From contig JALMLS010000165.1 of assembly GCA_038496445.1 (NCBI GenBank), forward strand, positions 107,576 to 171,575: a DNA stretch of 64,000 nt. Reading direction: 5' to 3'. Within the stretch, counting starts at the first letter, position 1, and each line of letters starts with the position of its first letter. The position numbers were made by a program, and so were the translations under genes. Shown here piece after piece: positions 13,420-25,604 of this stretch. The stretch comes from Trichosphaerium sp. ATCC 40318 (taxonomy: Eukaryota > Protista > Tubulinea). The notes beneath the pieces are model-generated. The model searched no databases. It was not told the DNA's origin and saw only the letters and a program-made list of their open reading frames with translations.

Positions 13420-14503
13420 TAAGTGTCATCTAACGAAGCTTCCAAATGAGATACTGCTTGATATAGTAGATATGGACAGGGAAGTGTACCTTAAAATGCC
13501 ACTTTTATCAAAAAAGACAGCAATAGCAACTAGATTCAATAGTGATTTGGTGAAACATTATAAGTGGGTCCAAGTAAGAAGGAAACGTAAATATTACATG
13601 CCCTGGTGGTACCAGACTTGTGAATTTATCAAGGCCAAGCAATGTTACTATATAAATGGTACACTAGATGGAGAGTACAAAGAGTGGCTTGAGGATGGCG
13701 AAATACGTGTGCATTGCTGTTATGTTAATGGTAACATCGATGGAGAGTACAAAAAATGGTTCAATGATGGTGAATTGAGCAAACATTGTTTCTACACAAA
13801 TGGTAAACTTCATGGAGAGTACAAAAAATTGTTCAACGATGGGAGATTGAGTATACATTGCTAGTATACAAACGGAAGCCTTGAAGGAGAGTACAAAAAA
13901 TGGTTCAATGATGGTGAATTGAGCATACATTGTTTCTACATAAATGGTAAACTACGCGGAGAATACAGAGAATGGTTCAAGGATAGGAAAATGAATGTGC
14001 ATTGTTTCTATATAAACGGAGAGTTTGACGGAGAGTACAAACAATGGACCAGTGGTGGTACTTTGAGTCTACATTGTCACTATGTCAACGGTAACCTGGA
14101 TGGAGAGTACACAAAATGGTTCATAGATGGTAAATTGAGTATACATTGCTTCTATACAAACGGATTACTTGATGGCACATACAAACTAAATTCCAAGAAT
14201 GGGAAAATGAGAACACTTTGTTGCTATCAACACGGAGACCTTGATGGGGAGTACAAAAAGTGGTATATTGGAAAGAGTGCTGATGGAACTTTGATCAGCC
14301 AGTGGCAGTATACCAATGGTAAATTTAAAGGCGAGTTCAAGCAGTGGTATTACTGTGGTACCTTGAAGAAACGATGTTTTTATGTGAACGGTAAACTTGA
14401 AGGAGAGTACAAAGAGTGGTCCAAAATTGGCAAACTAACTAAGTTATGTTACTATTCAAATGGTAAACCAGGTGGAAAGTACAAAGACAAGACTTGTAGA
14501 TGA
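13420..14503 (+). pseudogene. F-box-like + about 12 MORN-variant repeats, with an in-frame TAG at 13862-13864
   Basis: HLTKLPNEILLDI F-box start and 24-aa GEYKxWxxxGxLxxHCxYxNGxLx repeats. The two track ORFs share a frame and are separated by a single TAG. The 5' exon is unresolved. Confidence 0.8.
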
Positions 14504-15796
14504 GTACACAAAAAATGAACATGAAACTAAAAGCAAGAAAAACCGACTGTAATTGCGAAAGACTCATAAAAATTTTTGTCAATTGGTTTTGCTAGCTTCG
14601 ACACCTCTTAGCGACGGCGGTTAGTATTAATTTTATTGCATTTGGGTACTACGCACTTGTATGTACGCAATTCTTTGGTAAGGTTGCCGGATGGCTTGAA
14701 GTTTGGCTTTTCTTTCTGGGACTTCGTCTTCCTATGGCTTGTCTTCAAACATTTCCTTCAGAAGGTGAGCATTCTAGACTACTTATCGTGGCGATAAAAT
14801 TGTTGATAGAAGTCGATTATATCAGCAGATGTAATAGTAAGCCAACCACTATCCGATAGTTGGGTGACAGTGGATTTTGAGGGTTTGGTTGTAAGTTCAC
14901 GTGAAAAAAAAATTCAGCAGTAAAGTGTCCCCTTTTAAGTCTAGAGGCTATATACACCTAAATATAGCAAAAACTCCCAAGAAAACATTGTGCTCTCATG
15001 TCTCTGCACCTTCGGCTCATCAATTGCCGGCCCTTTGAATACAGAAATAAACTAGTTTTCAACACTAGTAACAAAGTAGTATTCCCACGCTATGACCCAA
15101 AAAAAAAAGAGGTGGTTTATACCATCAACAAGTGCTAAAACACCAGATTACTATTATTATCAGCAAACTTGTTCACGTGTACCACGATGGTTCAAATCAC
15201 GTTTTTACACTTTGCACATATCATGCAAAACCAAAAGACTCCACAAGTGGTGTTTGTTTGATTAGGTCTTGTCGACAGGTTGATTGCACTTGTTGGCAAG
15301 AGTTTTGTAAAATAAGGTCAGTGTTGACCAGTATTTGACCATTCAGGACTGCTTTGCGAGTTGACAACGATGGAAGGAGCTCCGGAAGTGGTTACTTGCA
15401 GGTACAACTATGTTACACCTTTGAATACAGCAGAACAACACCGTTTTGCGTTAGTTCGGGCTGATTTTGCTTTTGTGCAGTTGGCGAGGCCCAAAATTTC
15501 CGTTTGGCCGTTGTAGTATTACAAAACGATTTTCTAGTTGCCAAAATCGGCTTTTACAGCGTTTGATAACGACTTTTAGCATAAATTTTAAAGGATAATC
15601 ACCAATTGGCGTGAAACTGTTTTGGAGTTCGATTTTACCCGAAATAACGTTCCCACAACAAAAACAATTCTTCAAAAAAAAAATCTGCATTTGCAGATTT
15701 AGCAACACTTGCTTTTTTTGGGTTTTCAATCGAAAACCGCACTCTGTATTCTATTGTGTGTTACAACCAAAGTACCCAAATAACTTTGATAAGACA

Positions 15797-16356
15797 ATGG
15801 TTTCCACTAGTTTCACTAGTTTCTGCGACAGCCGCTTGTGTCAGGTCTTTTCTTCAGTCAAAACTCTTGAAGAGCGCTGTAGCAAAAGAAAAACTTATCA
15901 TATATTTATACATTATTTATAAAGGCTACTTTGGTTGAACTGCACAATAGGTAACACTATCTCTAACGTATTTTTCTTCTTTTTTTTGACTCTGTATTCT
16001 TGGTTCAACTCTAACGCGTTATTCACAGTTTTACACATGAGTTTATAATTATATATGGTGACTCAAAGGCTTATGTTGATAAATTTATGATTGAATTTCG
16101 AGAACACTTTCCGAACAAAACACAACATGCTGAACTTTGTATGGACTCTAAAAAACTGAAAATTAGCTATAACCCAAAGCATGGTTCATATACTATTTCT
16201 AATATGAAATACAAATTCAGGGATGCAGTATCTATGCGAGCTAACAATGGTATATTTGTGTTAAAGTTTTTTGTTTCACAAGGATTTACTGTAACAAGTC
16301 AATCAGAAGCAAGGCTTACTAGCAGTAAGTATACTTTCATTAAAACAATCATGTGA
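15797..16356 (+). CDS. Hypothetical protein, three exons
   Basis: MVSTSFTSFCDSRLCQ|ATLVELHNS|FTHEFIIIYGDSKAYVDKFMIEF... joined through GT-AG introns into ORF 16087..16356. Confidence 0.45.
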
Positions 16357-16620
16357 TCCCAGCAAGATGAAACGCTTGTTCAACCATGTTGGAGCAAAGA
16401 ACAAATTGAAGTTATGTACTATGTTTACTTGTAATAAACAAACTTGTTTCTTTCTTTAACACAATTAAGAAAAATATGTCTTTCGCAGAACTCTTCAAAT
16501 AGTCTTTTATGGTTGTTGCTCATGACTGACACAATCGACCCTACCTTAATCGAGACAATACATTTCGTGTACAAGACAGCTTTGGCAAAAACTATAATGA
16601 AGCTTCTTATCATCTAGCAT

Positions 16621-16740
16621 TTATGACAGTAGAAATTGTATTTTACTGGCGTTTGATAAGCGAGGTATAGTTGTTTAAGTAACTAGGGTTTAACGAAAAC
16701 AACTTTCGGCGAGTAGCGAGTCCTAAACAATGACAGATTA
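16621..16740 (+). repeat. Dispersed repeat, copy of 37197-37310
   Basis: TTATGAC(A/G)GTA...TATTTTAC(T/C)GGCGTTTGATAAGCG(A/G)GGTA...CAACTT(T)CGG(C/T)GAGTAGC occurs at both loci. Confidence 0.7.
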
Positions 16741-16789
16741 CAGCGAAAAAAGTTTTTTAGTTTTATGTACACAGGGGTGCTAGTCCCAC

Positions 16790-16905
16790 TAATAAATGGG
16801 ACAACGTCTCTGGCTACGTGACCAGTAGGGTCGAAGCCGGGATGATACAGGTTCTCTCCTCCAAATCTGTGGTTGCTTACAAACGGACGAGGAAATCTAA
16901 CAGCT
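16790..16905 (-). mobile_element. Probable LINE 3'-end remnant, inverted copy of 36900-37020
   Basis: Reverse complement matches TTGGAGGAGAGA...CGACCCTAC...ACGTAGCCAGAGAC...CCCATTTATT. Confidence 0.45.
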
Positions 16906-19109
16906 GTACATGCGCTCAATACCAATTTCCCCCGTTGATTAATAGCGTTCACTGTGAAAATTATTGAGGATACGAAATATCGTCAGCTAGTTCATGGTTC
17001 ATATTCATACTTGGGTTATAGTGAACCAGTCAAAGTATGGAGGGTACGTCTATAATCCGTTTATTGCAATCGAACGGACTTTTTGTTCTCTTATTTAGTA
17101 CGAAATAGTTGTAGCACCCTTGAGGCTTATACATTACATGAAACAAAATTTCTTACTTTCGAAACAACTTTCTTCTCTACTTTACTTTACTTTTATTTGT
17201 CTGCGTTGCACTGAACGACCCAATCGTAGGCTGGCGTACATTGGAACTAGCCAAGGGTTTACATAGGAGTTGCACCTACCGCTCTCAACGCGGGAAGAGC
17301 AGGACGCCTCCTACTAGGTTAACTATTTGGCATTGAGTCCTTACAGACCGTAACAGAGGACCGTAATTGTGTGGGTGTGACCCAGCCGCCCTGAGAATGA
17401 TTGTGTCAAGCTGAAAAAGCTGACTAGGTTCGTAGAAAGTTGGAATAATGTTTGACTTGAGTTTGGTATTCAGAGCGCATAAGCGACATTCCTATATACT
17501 TTTCTAACTTGTTGTTTGGTATATGGATTCTACCATATCTGATGTTTCGAAGTCTTCGATCATCTGTACTTGTAAGTCACACCTTTCAATTTTAGGGTTT
17601 TTTTGAGATACTATTTGTTTATGTACATTCAGCTCGGATAGTATTAATTGTCTTCTGAGACTCAACCAGGTAAACATGATACACAATAAACAACACCTCT
17701 TTACAACGAATAGCAGAATTTCAGGCTGGATACAAGTGTGCTGCTACTATTGTATCTAATGTACTAATTGATAGCAATGGAGATATAAGCCATCTAGGTA
17801 AAAACGCTGAAAGGCGTGATGAATAATTTAACTTTAATTGATGTCACAATAGTAAATACTCTCGCTCCAAGTACGTACATTGTTGTTTAAGTTCTGTCTA
17901 CAAAGTTCTTTTTAGCTACCAGCTTCATGTGAAGGGATAATTAAACTATCAAGGTTCTCGATAGAATGGTTTTGATAAAGGAGATCTACACACTCTTTTA
18001 TTGTTGATTGAACTTGATGGAGTCATTTTAATGGAGAAACCACCATTTAAAAAGTTTATGTTTCTCCGTAGCTGATTGCAGTGTCATAGTAGTCCATGTG
18101 GGAAGTCGGTTGCTATAGTAATTTGATGTATTCTGAATAGTTCTCAGCTGGATTACCACAAACGTTAAAACTAAATCAACAGCTTGAGCGTCAAAATGCT
18201 GTTTGAGTCTTTCAAAGACTTATTTTAATACCTCAGCGGTAGTTGTTTTTTCTATCACAGTCGAGTGGGTTTAACTTTGTGGTGCTACTCTATCAGACAA
18301 AATAATATTGAACTTTATGAACTCCTACTCGACGAATGAAAATGGCATTACTCCAAAAGTTGAAAGACCCTTTTGTCTTTGGATTTTGAAAAAAAACTAA
18401 TGCAGTTCATTTTTGTGAGAAGTCATGGACGTCTTCTTGGATTTGTCAAGAAGAAACTGTCGTTTTTATCTGCTGTGCACGGACAATATTTTTTCGAAGT
18501 TTATGTTATGTACATGCTTTGGCAGGAGATTCGTACCCAATACAATAAACCAAGATTAAAACAATAATGGGTTTTCTTGCTTTGCAAATCATTGATCACG
18601 AGATTCAAATTTTGGCGTACTAGCAGCTTTTACTTCTCACCAATGGCATAATCTTCCAAACAGACGTAATGTTATGCTCACGTGTGGCAAAATTTGTCGC
18701 GGTTATGCAAAACTCAAGTGATCATTGTTTGGAACATGAAGTTTTCTGGTTAGATTAAGAAATAAACTTCTGTGTTTATTCTATTACGTCAAAAGGTGTT
18801 ACAATTTTGGAGAGATTTTAGGTGGTTTAGTAAACAAAAACGCGCAGTTTTGTTGGATATTGTTCACGCGGGGTAACACATTTTTGGTTAGCTTAAAAAG
18901 GATTCGCGAAACAAAGTAAATAAAGTTCACGTATTAAAACGTGATTTTGATTTCGCGAAAACAGTCAGTTGTACTTTACAGTGAGGTCTTAGTTATTAAG
19001 GTATTATGTAAGGTATATACAGCTCATATAGTTCGCTGTAGATATGATTTTGGAGATGATGGTAGTACAGTACTCTCCGATACATCCTCATAGCTGATGA
19101 TAGAATAAA

Positions 19110-19434
19110 CTGTGTTTTGTTCAACTTAGCGAATCACACAAGATAACGGGTTGGTCAAACAAAAAAATGTGCTGTATCACGTGAGGTTCTTGTATAACTT
19201 GACATAAATGCTAACTATATATATATTTGAAAGCACATAGAGGCTAATTCACACAGGATATTGAAAATCGTTCACCAAAAACCACCGAAAACTCGACAAC
19301 TTTTTGAATCTTACACATCACCCTTTAGCATTGATATCAAGTTATACAAGAATATCACGTGATACAGCACATTTTTTTTTGTTTTTCTGAACTGTTATCT
19401 TGTGTGATTCGTTAAGGTGAGAACCAAAACACTG
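19110..19434. mobile_element. Fold-back MITE with about 105-bp imperfect TIRs (Tc1/mariner-like end)
   Basis: 19110-19213 is the reverse complement of 19325-19434 (CGAATCACACAAGATAAC, AAAATGTGCTGTATCACGTGA, TTCTTGTATAACTTGA). The right end reads CACTG|TA. Confidence 0.8.
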
Positions 19435-19670
19435 TAAAACGGGTTCAAATTGTACCTTGATACTAGTGGAACCGCTTTACCCAATAGTTTTAGACCCACA
19501 TACAACCTAGAGATTTATAATAGCTACACAGCCTAAAGGTATGTTTGTTATTGGGTTTACTTATACAGCACATTTAAAAAACAAAAAACGTCGTGTCGTT
19601 TTTGGATTCGGGCATTGACTTAATCCTGTTTCGTTCTCTTTTTATTCAAAATCTAAACTGAACAACAACC

Positions 19671-20025
19671 ATGACATCTCAACTCGTTCTACTCCTTGTT
19701 ATCACATTTGCTACTTACATTGCCGCACAATGCTCGGGTACGCTGTTGGCATGTTACCAATCCATCTTTGTTAACGCGCCTTGCAGGCCTTTCCGAGAGT
19801 GCTTGCGTAGGAAACGATCAATGTTACTACTGCTGTAGTACCGCATCAACGTGCTTGTGCAACCCTCGCGGTGGCGTGAGTTGTAAAGACGTGAGAAACA
19901 CCTTTGAAGGCGTATGTCAAGCTTCTCTAAAATGTGGCGCTTTCAACAAGAGCAAGACTTTGTATGTTTATTCTGCTCTCTTCTTTGCTATTGTAGCCGT
20001 CCTACGTTGGTATGTAAAAGCTTAA
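19671..20025 (+). CDS. Small secreted Cys-rich protein with a C-terminal hydrophobic anchor (GPI/TM-like)
   Basis: Signal peptide MTSQLVLLLVITFATYIAAQC, one GTACG...GCAG intron, about 10 Cys, and tail LYVYSALFFAIVAVLRW. Confidence 0.75.
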
Positions 20026-20882
20026 ACGTGATTAAAGAACACGAGCCCAGGAATAAACTTCATCCTTTCAACATTCATTCTTGTAGCACATTCTCTGTAC
20101 TTCGAAACTTACCCAAACTTTTTTTTTCTTCATTTTTCCTTTTGTCCAATTTAGATGGACCTTTTTCGTCTTGTTTCAAAATAATCACTTTCGTGAGCGG
20201 CATTGAACAATTTTATAGTATGGTAGTAGTCATTTCTTTCTTTATTATATTACAGTGAGCTTGTCAAGTTTGCATTGTTGCTTCGTTATCGTTTTACTTT
20301 GTACTTGGTTGGTAATTACCAGCTCTAGAGAGATGAGTCCGCCTGATCACAGTAATTCAGTCGGAGAGGAGCTAAAATATACGTGATGAACAGACCAGAA
20401 CAGTTGTAAATGGGAACAAACAAAGTTTCCAGATTTCGGATTTGATACAACTACCTTGAGGCGAGCACTGTTACAGTCAAAGGTTTTGTAGCCAGTATGC
20501 CTCACCACTACTAGAGCCGTATTATCTAAAAGTTGTGTGATTAATATTTGTAAGAACATTGAAGTGTCGGTTCAGTGAGCATTTCAAGGCTATTGTAATG
20601 GGCATAAGTTAAGAAATCTCTCGTTTATAAGTTACAGTAAAAGTTTTTAATACAAGATAGATATTGGCGTCTATGCGTACATTGTACAGACTGACATGCC
20701 GCTAACATAAAATAAACAGTGATACAACCTCACTGTTGCTGTCACAGGACAGTCACTCTTGTACTGTTCTCACTTCGGCATACCGCTTGTTATCCAAATC
20801 AATCATGTAGATGTAGAATGCAACCCAAAAAACCCAATAAAATATCACGTGACCCAAAAAAAGTAATAATCACCATCATCCG

Positions 20883-21608
20883 TTAATCTTTGTTAATAAA
20901 CCCAGATAATATTTGACTCTTCACCCACTCGTTCGGAATAACGTCTATAGTAAGGTGAACCCTTTCATACTTACTGTTATTCATAATCTTATGAGGAAGA
21001 GAAAGCTGTAGATACCAACACTCACCGAGTTTCATAGAAGTAGGAATACCGTTCAAATAAAACGTGACATACTCATTTGAAAAAATTGGAATTGTGAGAC
21101 GTACTACAGAGTCTTCGACCTCAAGGCCTAAAGTAGGATCGTTATGTTCCTTTACTACGCCTCCAGGTTCAAGTCTGAGTAGTCTCACTGATGATACAGT
21201 CGTATGAGCGCTAAATGTATCTATAACGCTAGATAGGTATGGAGAAGCCTTTAGAGCTTTTGTTTCGACCCAGGACGTCCAAGAACCGTCAGCAAAGTTG
21301 GTTTCAGGAGTTGATTCTGGTTTTGGTATGTTTGGGTCTACTAGATGCGCTGGTGCTTTTAATTGAATAACATTGTAGTAAATAAAGGGTCCAGCTGCGT
21401 CTGTAAGCTTTTTAACTTCTTCTTGCATTTTTTGTACGTTAAACGTTAAAGGTAGTTTGATACGATCTGGAAGTGCGTCAGTGCTTTTTTCATCGCGTTC
21501 AACAGATAGTTTAATAATATTATCCTGTAAGCTGCCAGTTTCCAGTTCATCAGTGCCTATGGCACCCAGAGTAATACAAATGATAAGAATAGCGCACAGT
21601 GAGCCCAT
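20883..21608 (-). CDS. Asp/Asn beta-hydroxylase-domain 2OG-Fe(II) oxygenase with a signal peptide
   Basis: VRLLRLEPGGVVKEHND (HxD), VRLTIPIFSN, GECWYLQLSLPH (distal His) and ERVHLTID. Intronless. Confidence 0.85.
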   Translation of the reverse strand: MGSLCAILIICITLGAIGTDELETGSLQDNIIKLSVERDEKSTDALPDRIKLPLTFNVQKMQEEVKKLTDAAGPFIYYNVIQLKAPAHLVDPNIPKPESTPETNFADGSWTSWVETKALKASPYLSSVIDTFSAHTTVSSVRLLRLEPGGVVKEHNDPTLGLEVEDSVVRLTIPIFSNEYVTFYLNGIPTSMKLGECWYLQLSLPHKIMNNSKYERVHLTIDVIPNEWVKSQILSGFINKD

Positions 21609-21818
21609 TGTGGATAATTCAATTGTCAACTGCAGTTAAGTTCGCGTTTTAACCCCAGTAGGTCTAGCTACATGTAACAGTGTTACAGGCATGCCTGTAA
21701 GAATGATCGCTCAGTGGTCGGTTACAGGCACTTTCTTCGAAAGGAAGATACCTGCCTCCCTTAAGCACTCTTTCAGAACAGATTTAACTGCGTTACAACC
21801 CCTCTTACTTATCAAGCG

Positions 21819-22445
21819 ATGGACGCACTGGAAGAACAATATAAGGAGATAGAAAACATTCCGTTTGACTTTACGCCAAACGAGCTACAATACAGCAGAG
21901 CAGAGATGTACAGCGCTATGGTTATGTCGTCGCATACTTTTAGCATCTCTATGTTCTTGGACAACTTTGAAAAGGACAACAAGAGCTTAGATACTGTAGA
22001 ATGGTCAGAAGATCCACGAGAAGTAATAGAATGTCCAAAAACAACTGAAGACGATCTAAAAAACCTCGAAAAGAAATTCAACGTCAAACTCCCTGAAGAC
22101 TACAAAAGAGCGTTGCTTAGCTTTGCAGGAAGAAGGCCAAAGTTCAATATAATGGCTTACCAAGTGATTTCAGATAAGGAAGAGAAGTGGTACCAGGACT
22201 TCCTTGGTCCATTGTATCCAGTAGACCAAGTTAAAAGAGTTCCTTCTAGTGTTGAAGGTGTTCATCTTCTTAAGATTGCTCACACTGGAACAGGTGCTAG
22301 AGTGTTGCTTGATTGTGCATCTATTAGTGTTCTTGTTTCAGGTAATGGGTTTATGGCTATTGCAGGTGAAGGCGTTGAGGATTTATTGTATCGTGTAAGA
22401 CTTGAGAGTTATGGGTTATTGATGGAGCACGAAAATAAATTGTAA
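21819..22445 (+). CDS. SMI1/KNR4 (SUKH) domain protein
   Basis: TTEDDLKNLEKKFNVKLPEDYKRALLSFAG is the SUKH N-terminal signature, followed by IAHTGTGARVLLD. Intronless. Confidence 0.8.
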   Translation: MDALEEQYKEIENIPFDFTPNELQYSRAEMYSAMVMSSHTFSISMFLDNFEKDNKSLDTVEWSEDPREVIECPKTTEDDLKNLEKKFNVKLPEDYKRALLSFAGRRPKFNIMAYQVISDKEEKWYQDFLGPLYPVDQVKRVPSSVEGVHLLKIAHTGTGARVLLDCASISVLVSGNGFMAIAGEGVEDLLYRVRLESYGLLMEHENKL

Positions 22446-22702
22446 ACTTTTTCTACACAATGTCAGTGGTTCACATGCACATTCCGTAACTCACTTGACA
22501 ACAATCAGATTAGATTACAAACCAATTATTTGTATTTGCAAGAGAGTTTCTACAGAGGCTGTCCTTACCCCTTTGTGGCACTAAGACGCGAGAAAATAAA
22601 TTGTTTGTTCAAAAAAAAAAGTGTAAAGAAACCAATGTTGCGATCTATTACAAACAAGTTTTCTACCTTATCAGTCTTCTGAAGGTATTTGTTATTACCA
22701 TT

Positions 22703-23530
22703 TTACCACTCCATGTTATCACTTATTTCGTTGATTAATGAACTGTCTGAGGTTATCACGTGATACTCAGGGTTAAGCTTGAGAGTGACCATTGATTTTG
22801 AAGTTACATCGAGTACTTCAACTTTTTCTGATGTTTTATCATTCTCCGAATCCTCTGACTCCTCATCGTCACTTGCTGAGAAAACTCTTAGGGTTCCTCC
22901 ATATTCTAGTTTCTCACTCCCAACAACAATCGCAGTACCTTCCTGTTCAGTAAACAAAAGAGTACCAGTTCCGGTCAAAGTGTTTGAAGCGTCGTATTCT
23001 CCACCCCTCCCACATCCTTCAGCCCATCCATTCCATGTTGCTTCACCCATAAAGTTAACTTTGAGACTCATCTCTCCGGAATCCTCTGCAATCACATCAT
23101 CAAATTCAAACTTCTCTCCAAGGAAAGGTGTCATAAGATTAATATAAGTTTTAAGCCAGCATCCATAAGTTGGCTTCTTTAACTTTCTTCCTGAAGCTTT
23201 TTCTGAGAACCTTCTATTGTACATCGTGTGCCAGAGCTTATTTACCGATGAAGAGAATACTGTGAACCTGTAGAATTTATTTAAAGAGCCTAAGGTAAGG
23301 ATAACTTCACGTGGTTCAAGATTTTGTATTACCAATGTAAAAATATCCAGTATCGAAAGTATATCGCTATTTACATCCTGATCTTCTGGTATATCAATTG
23401 GTTGGCTTGGAGACAAAGAAGGGAATAGTTTAGTAACATCAACGCCTTCTTGGAATTGTTTCTTGGCATTTGTTTTATTAGACCCACTTTTTTCTTGTTT
23501 GTTGATGCCAGTTCCTTGTTTTTCTGCCAT
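22703..23530 (-). CDS. F-box-like protein with an unassigned beta-rich C-terminal domain
   Basis: ILDIFTLVIQNLEPREVILTLGSLNKFYR...LWHTMYNRRF...WLKTY fits the F-box pattern. Long intronless ORF. Confidence 0.65.
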   Translation of the reverse strand: MAEKQGTGINKQEKSGSNKTNAKKQFQEGVDVTKLFPSLSPSQPIDIPEDQDVNSDILSILDIFTLVIQNLEPREVILTLGSLNKFYRFTVFSSSVNKLWHTMYNRRFSEKASGRKLKKPTYGCWLKTYINLMTPFLGEKFEFDDVIAEDSGEMSLKVNFMGEATWNGWAEGCGRGGEYDASNTLTGTGTLLFTEQEGTAIVVGSEKLEYGGTLRVFSASDDEESEDSENDKTSEKVEVLDVTSKSMVTLKLNPEYHVITSDSSLINEISDNMEW

Positions 23531-24769
23531 GGTATGCACTGTTGTAACTTTGTTGTTGTGCCAATACTTAAATAATGGTTAAGGCCCTTCACAAAAAGCT
23601 TCTTAGCACGGTACTTTAAATGAATAGAGGTCTGGGTCACGTTGGCTTCACAGATTTAATAACCATTAACAATACTGCTTTTGACCTCTATTCATGCGCA
23701 AGAGGAGTTCAGTTAACGCTAATACCTAAACATCAAAAGCGCTCAATAGGTATCTATAGAGTTAATGGTGGTACTCACAACATGTAAACAATACTCAAGT
23801 TAAGAAAAATAATTTTGTTTTTTAAATCACATGTTTGGGTAAATAAACCACAAGCTCGCTCTGCACCAAATCTATATTGGTCAGGAAAGTTAGCTGTAAC
23901 GTGCAACAGCATACATTGCTATTCAATGATTACATTTAATCATGAGATTAATGATATCTCGATAATGAACACTAATATGTATTCTCTGAATTATGTTATG
24001 AACTTTTTGTAAATACACTATTATCCTACAACTAAGCCATGTCTCTCTTACATATATTCTCATCTTTCGTGTGCCCTTCAACATTTCACTGGTTCCAGTT
24101 AAACTGCCAGATCTTTTAATAACTAGTATAACTTGCAATTTGTTTAAACTGTAAAAACTTGCTGTTATTTTCCAAGTGTTCTTGTATAATATAACAAATG
24201 CTTGGCGCTGCGTTAGAGCCATAAGACATTTTGTCTTCTTCCCAACATTGTCTATAGTTAGTGTTCCTTGGTTATTTGATAGAAGAAAGTCAAAGAGTGT
24301 TAGAACTAACCGCTACTTTTTTTCGTGGTGATTTTTTGATATATGGAACAAAATCATGTGATACCAAAGCTCTTTATCACTGCCACAAAAGTGTCCTGCC
24401 AAGTTATGTACATGCACAATGAGTAGGTCAATAAATAGGGTTCTGATATTTTGTGAGTGGACCGTTTGTACCGATAAAAACCCTTTGCAAAAAGTTCATT
24501 TTTCGGCTATTTTCTGATTTTTCCAAGGGTACTCCCGTTGACAGCGGACCGTGTTGAAGCTTGTTTAAGTGAAAATGACCTCAACCAATCGACCGGTTAT
24601 GGTCCTTTTATGTGAAAAAAGGTAAAAACTTATTATTTATAAACCGTTTTTTTTTCTTTAATCAAACTAACGTACATGACTAATAACTAGCGCTAGCACG
24701 CCAATTACATTCTTTCTACACGTGTTCACATTCAGTGAAGGCCCAGTAATATTTCTGGCCATCTTTACA

Positions 24770-25557
24770 TTATTGTCTGTTTCATTCAAGTTTTGAGACA
24801 GACTGACTTTTAGCAAAAAAAATCCAGTTTCTGCCCGATCTGTCAGATCTGACGGATTTGACACTTCTGACAGATCTTGCAAATTGTCATTTTTTTAAAT
24901 GTGATCTACCCTCACGCCTGTCCAGTGAATTCAACCGTTTCAAACCCACGTGATTTAACAAACCCCAGAGCAAACTTTTTTATTTACATATTTGACGCGT
25001 AGCGGCGTTTACAAAGCCTACAGCAACGCTGGTGGTGTTTTGGGGCGGTTTTGACGTTGTTACACCTTCATTGCTGCTTGGATGCTACCATAGCGCTTCT
25101 GTTAGCGTGGGGTAGGCGCTAGCGTAGCGCTAGCGTAGCGCTAGTAAGTTATACACGTACGTTGATTTTTGAAGCAAAACATACAGCAAACAGTGTTTGA
25201 GGCATTCATACCGTGTTTGGCGGTAATGCGATAGCTTTGTAGGACATCATACCTTTTTAATTCGCTTTTAGCGCATTGAACACCTCTGTGGCTTGATCGT
25301 ACCGTGTACAGTTGGCGTAGGTAAAATACTGCGATCATCTTCCATGGTCAGTTGAAACTTACATTGACAATTTTGCTATCACTTACTATAAGGTACCTAA
25401 GTCATACAACGAAGGACAACATTGTAGCACAAATAGTTCACATTGTGATAGATCTACACCATTTGACAGAAGTGTCAGATCTTGCTAGATCTGCTAAAAG
25501 TGCTAAAAACTCACTTTCTAGGAAATATTAGTAAAACTTGAATGAAACATACAATAA
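24770..25557. mobile_element. MITE family A, copy 1
   Basis: TIRs TTATTGTCTGTTTCATTCAAGTTTT / AAAACTTGAATGAAACATACAATAA, with subterminal CAGATCTTGC/TCTGTCAGA motifs. Confidence 0.7.
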
Positions 25558-25604
25558 GTTAAGCAGTGATAAGTTGTGTAAAATTGTACAATATTGCTGG
25601 GTGT

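Larger units (their letters stand above)
11980..14530 (+). repeat. Segmental duplication copy 1 (paralog of 25605-26640)
   Basis: Shared blocks TTAAATTAGACCT...TTTTTTCGAACAAGCTCGAACAATAAT, AAACGAGAATAGTGGCATTTCA and the F-box/MORN gene through its 3' flank (AATGAACATGAAA). Confidence 0.85.

Noticed and set aside
13862-13864. TAG reassignment (alternative genetic code)
   Set aside because: TAG terminates conserved genes here (MsrA, the TPR protein), so a nonsense mutation is simpler.
15423-15751. Possible TA-flanked MITE (GAATACAG...CTGTATTC)
   Set aside because: The inverted match is only about 8 bp, which is too weak without other copies.
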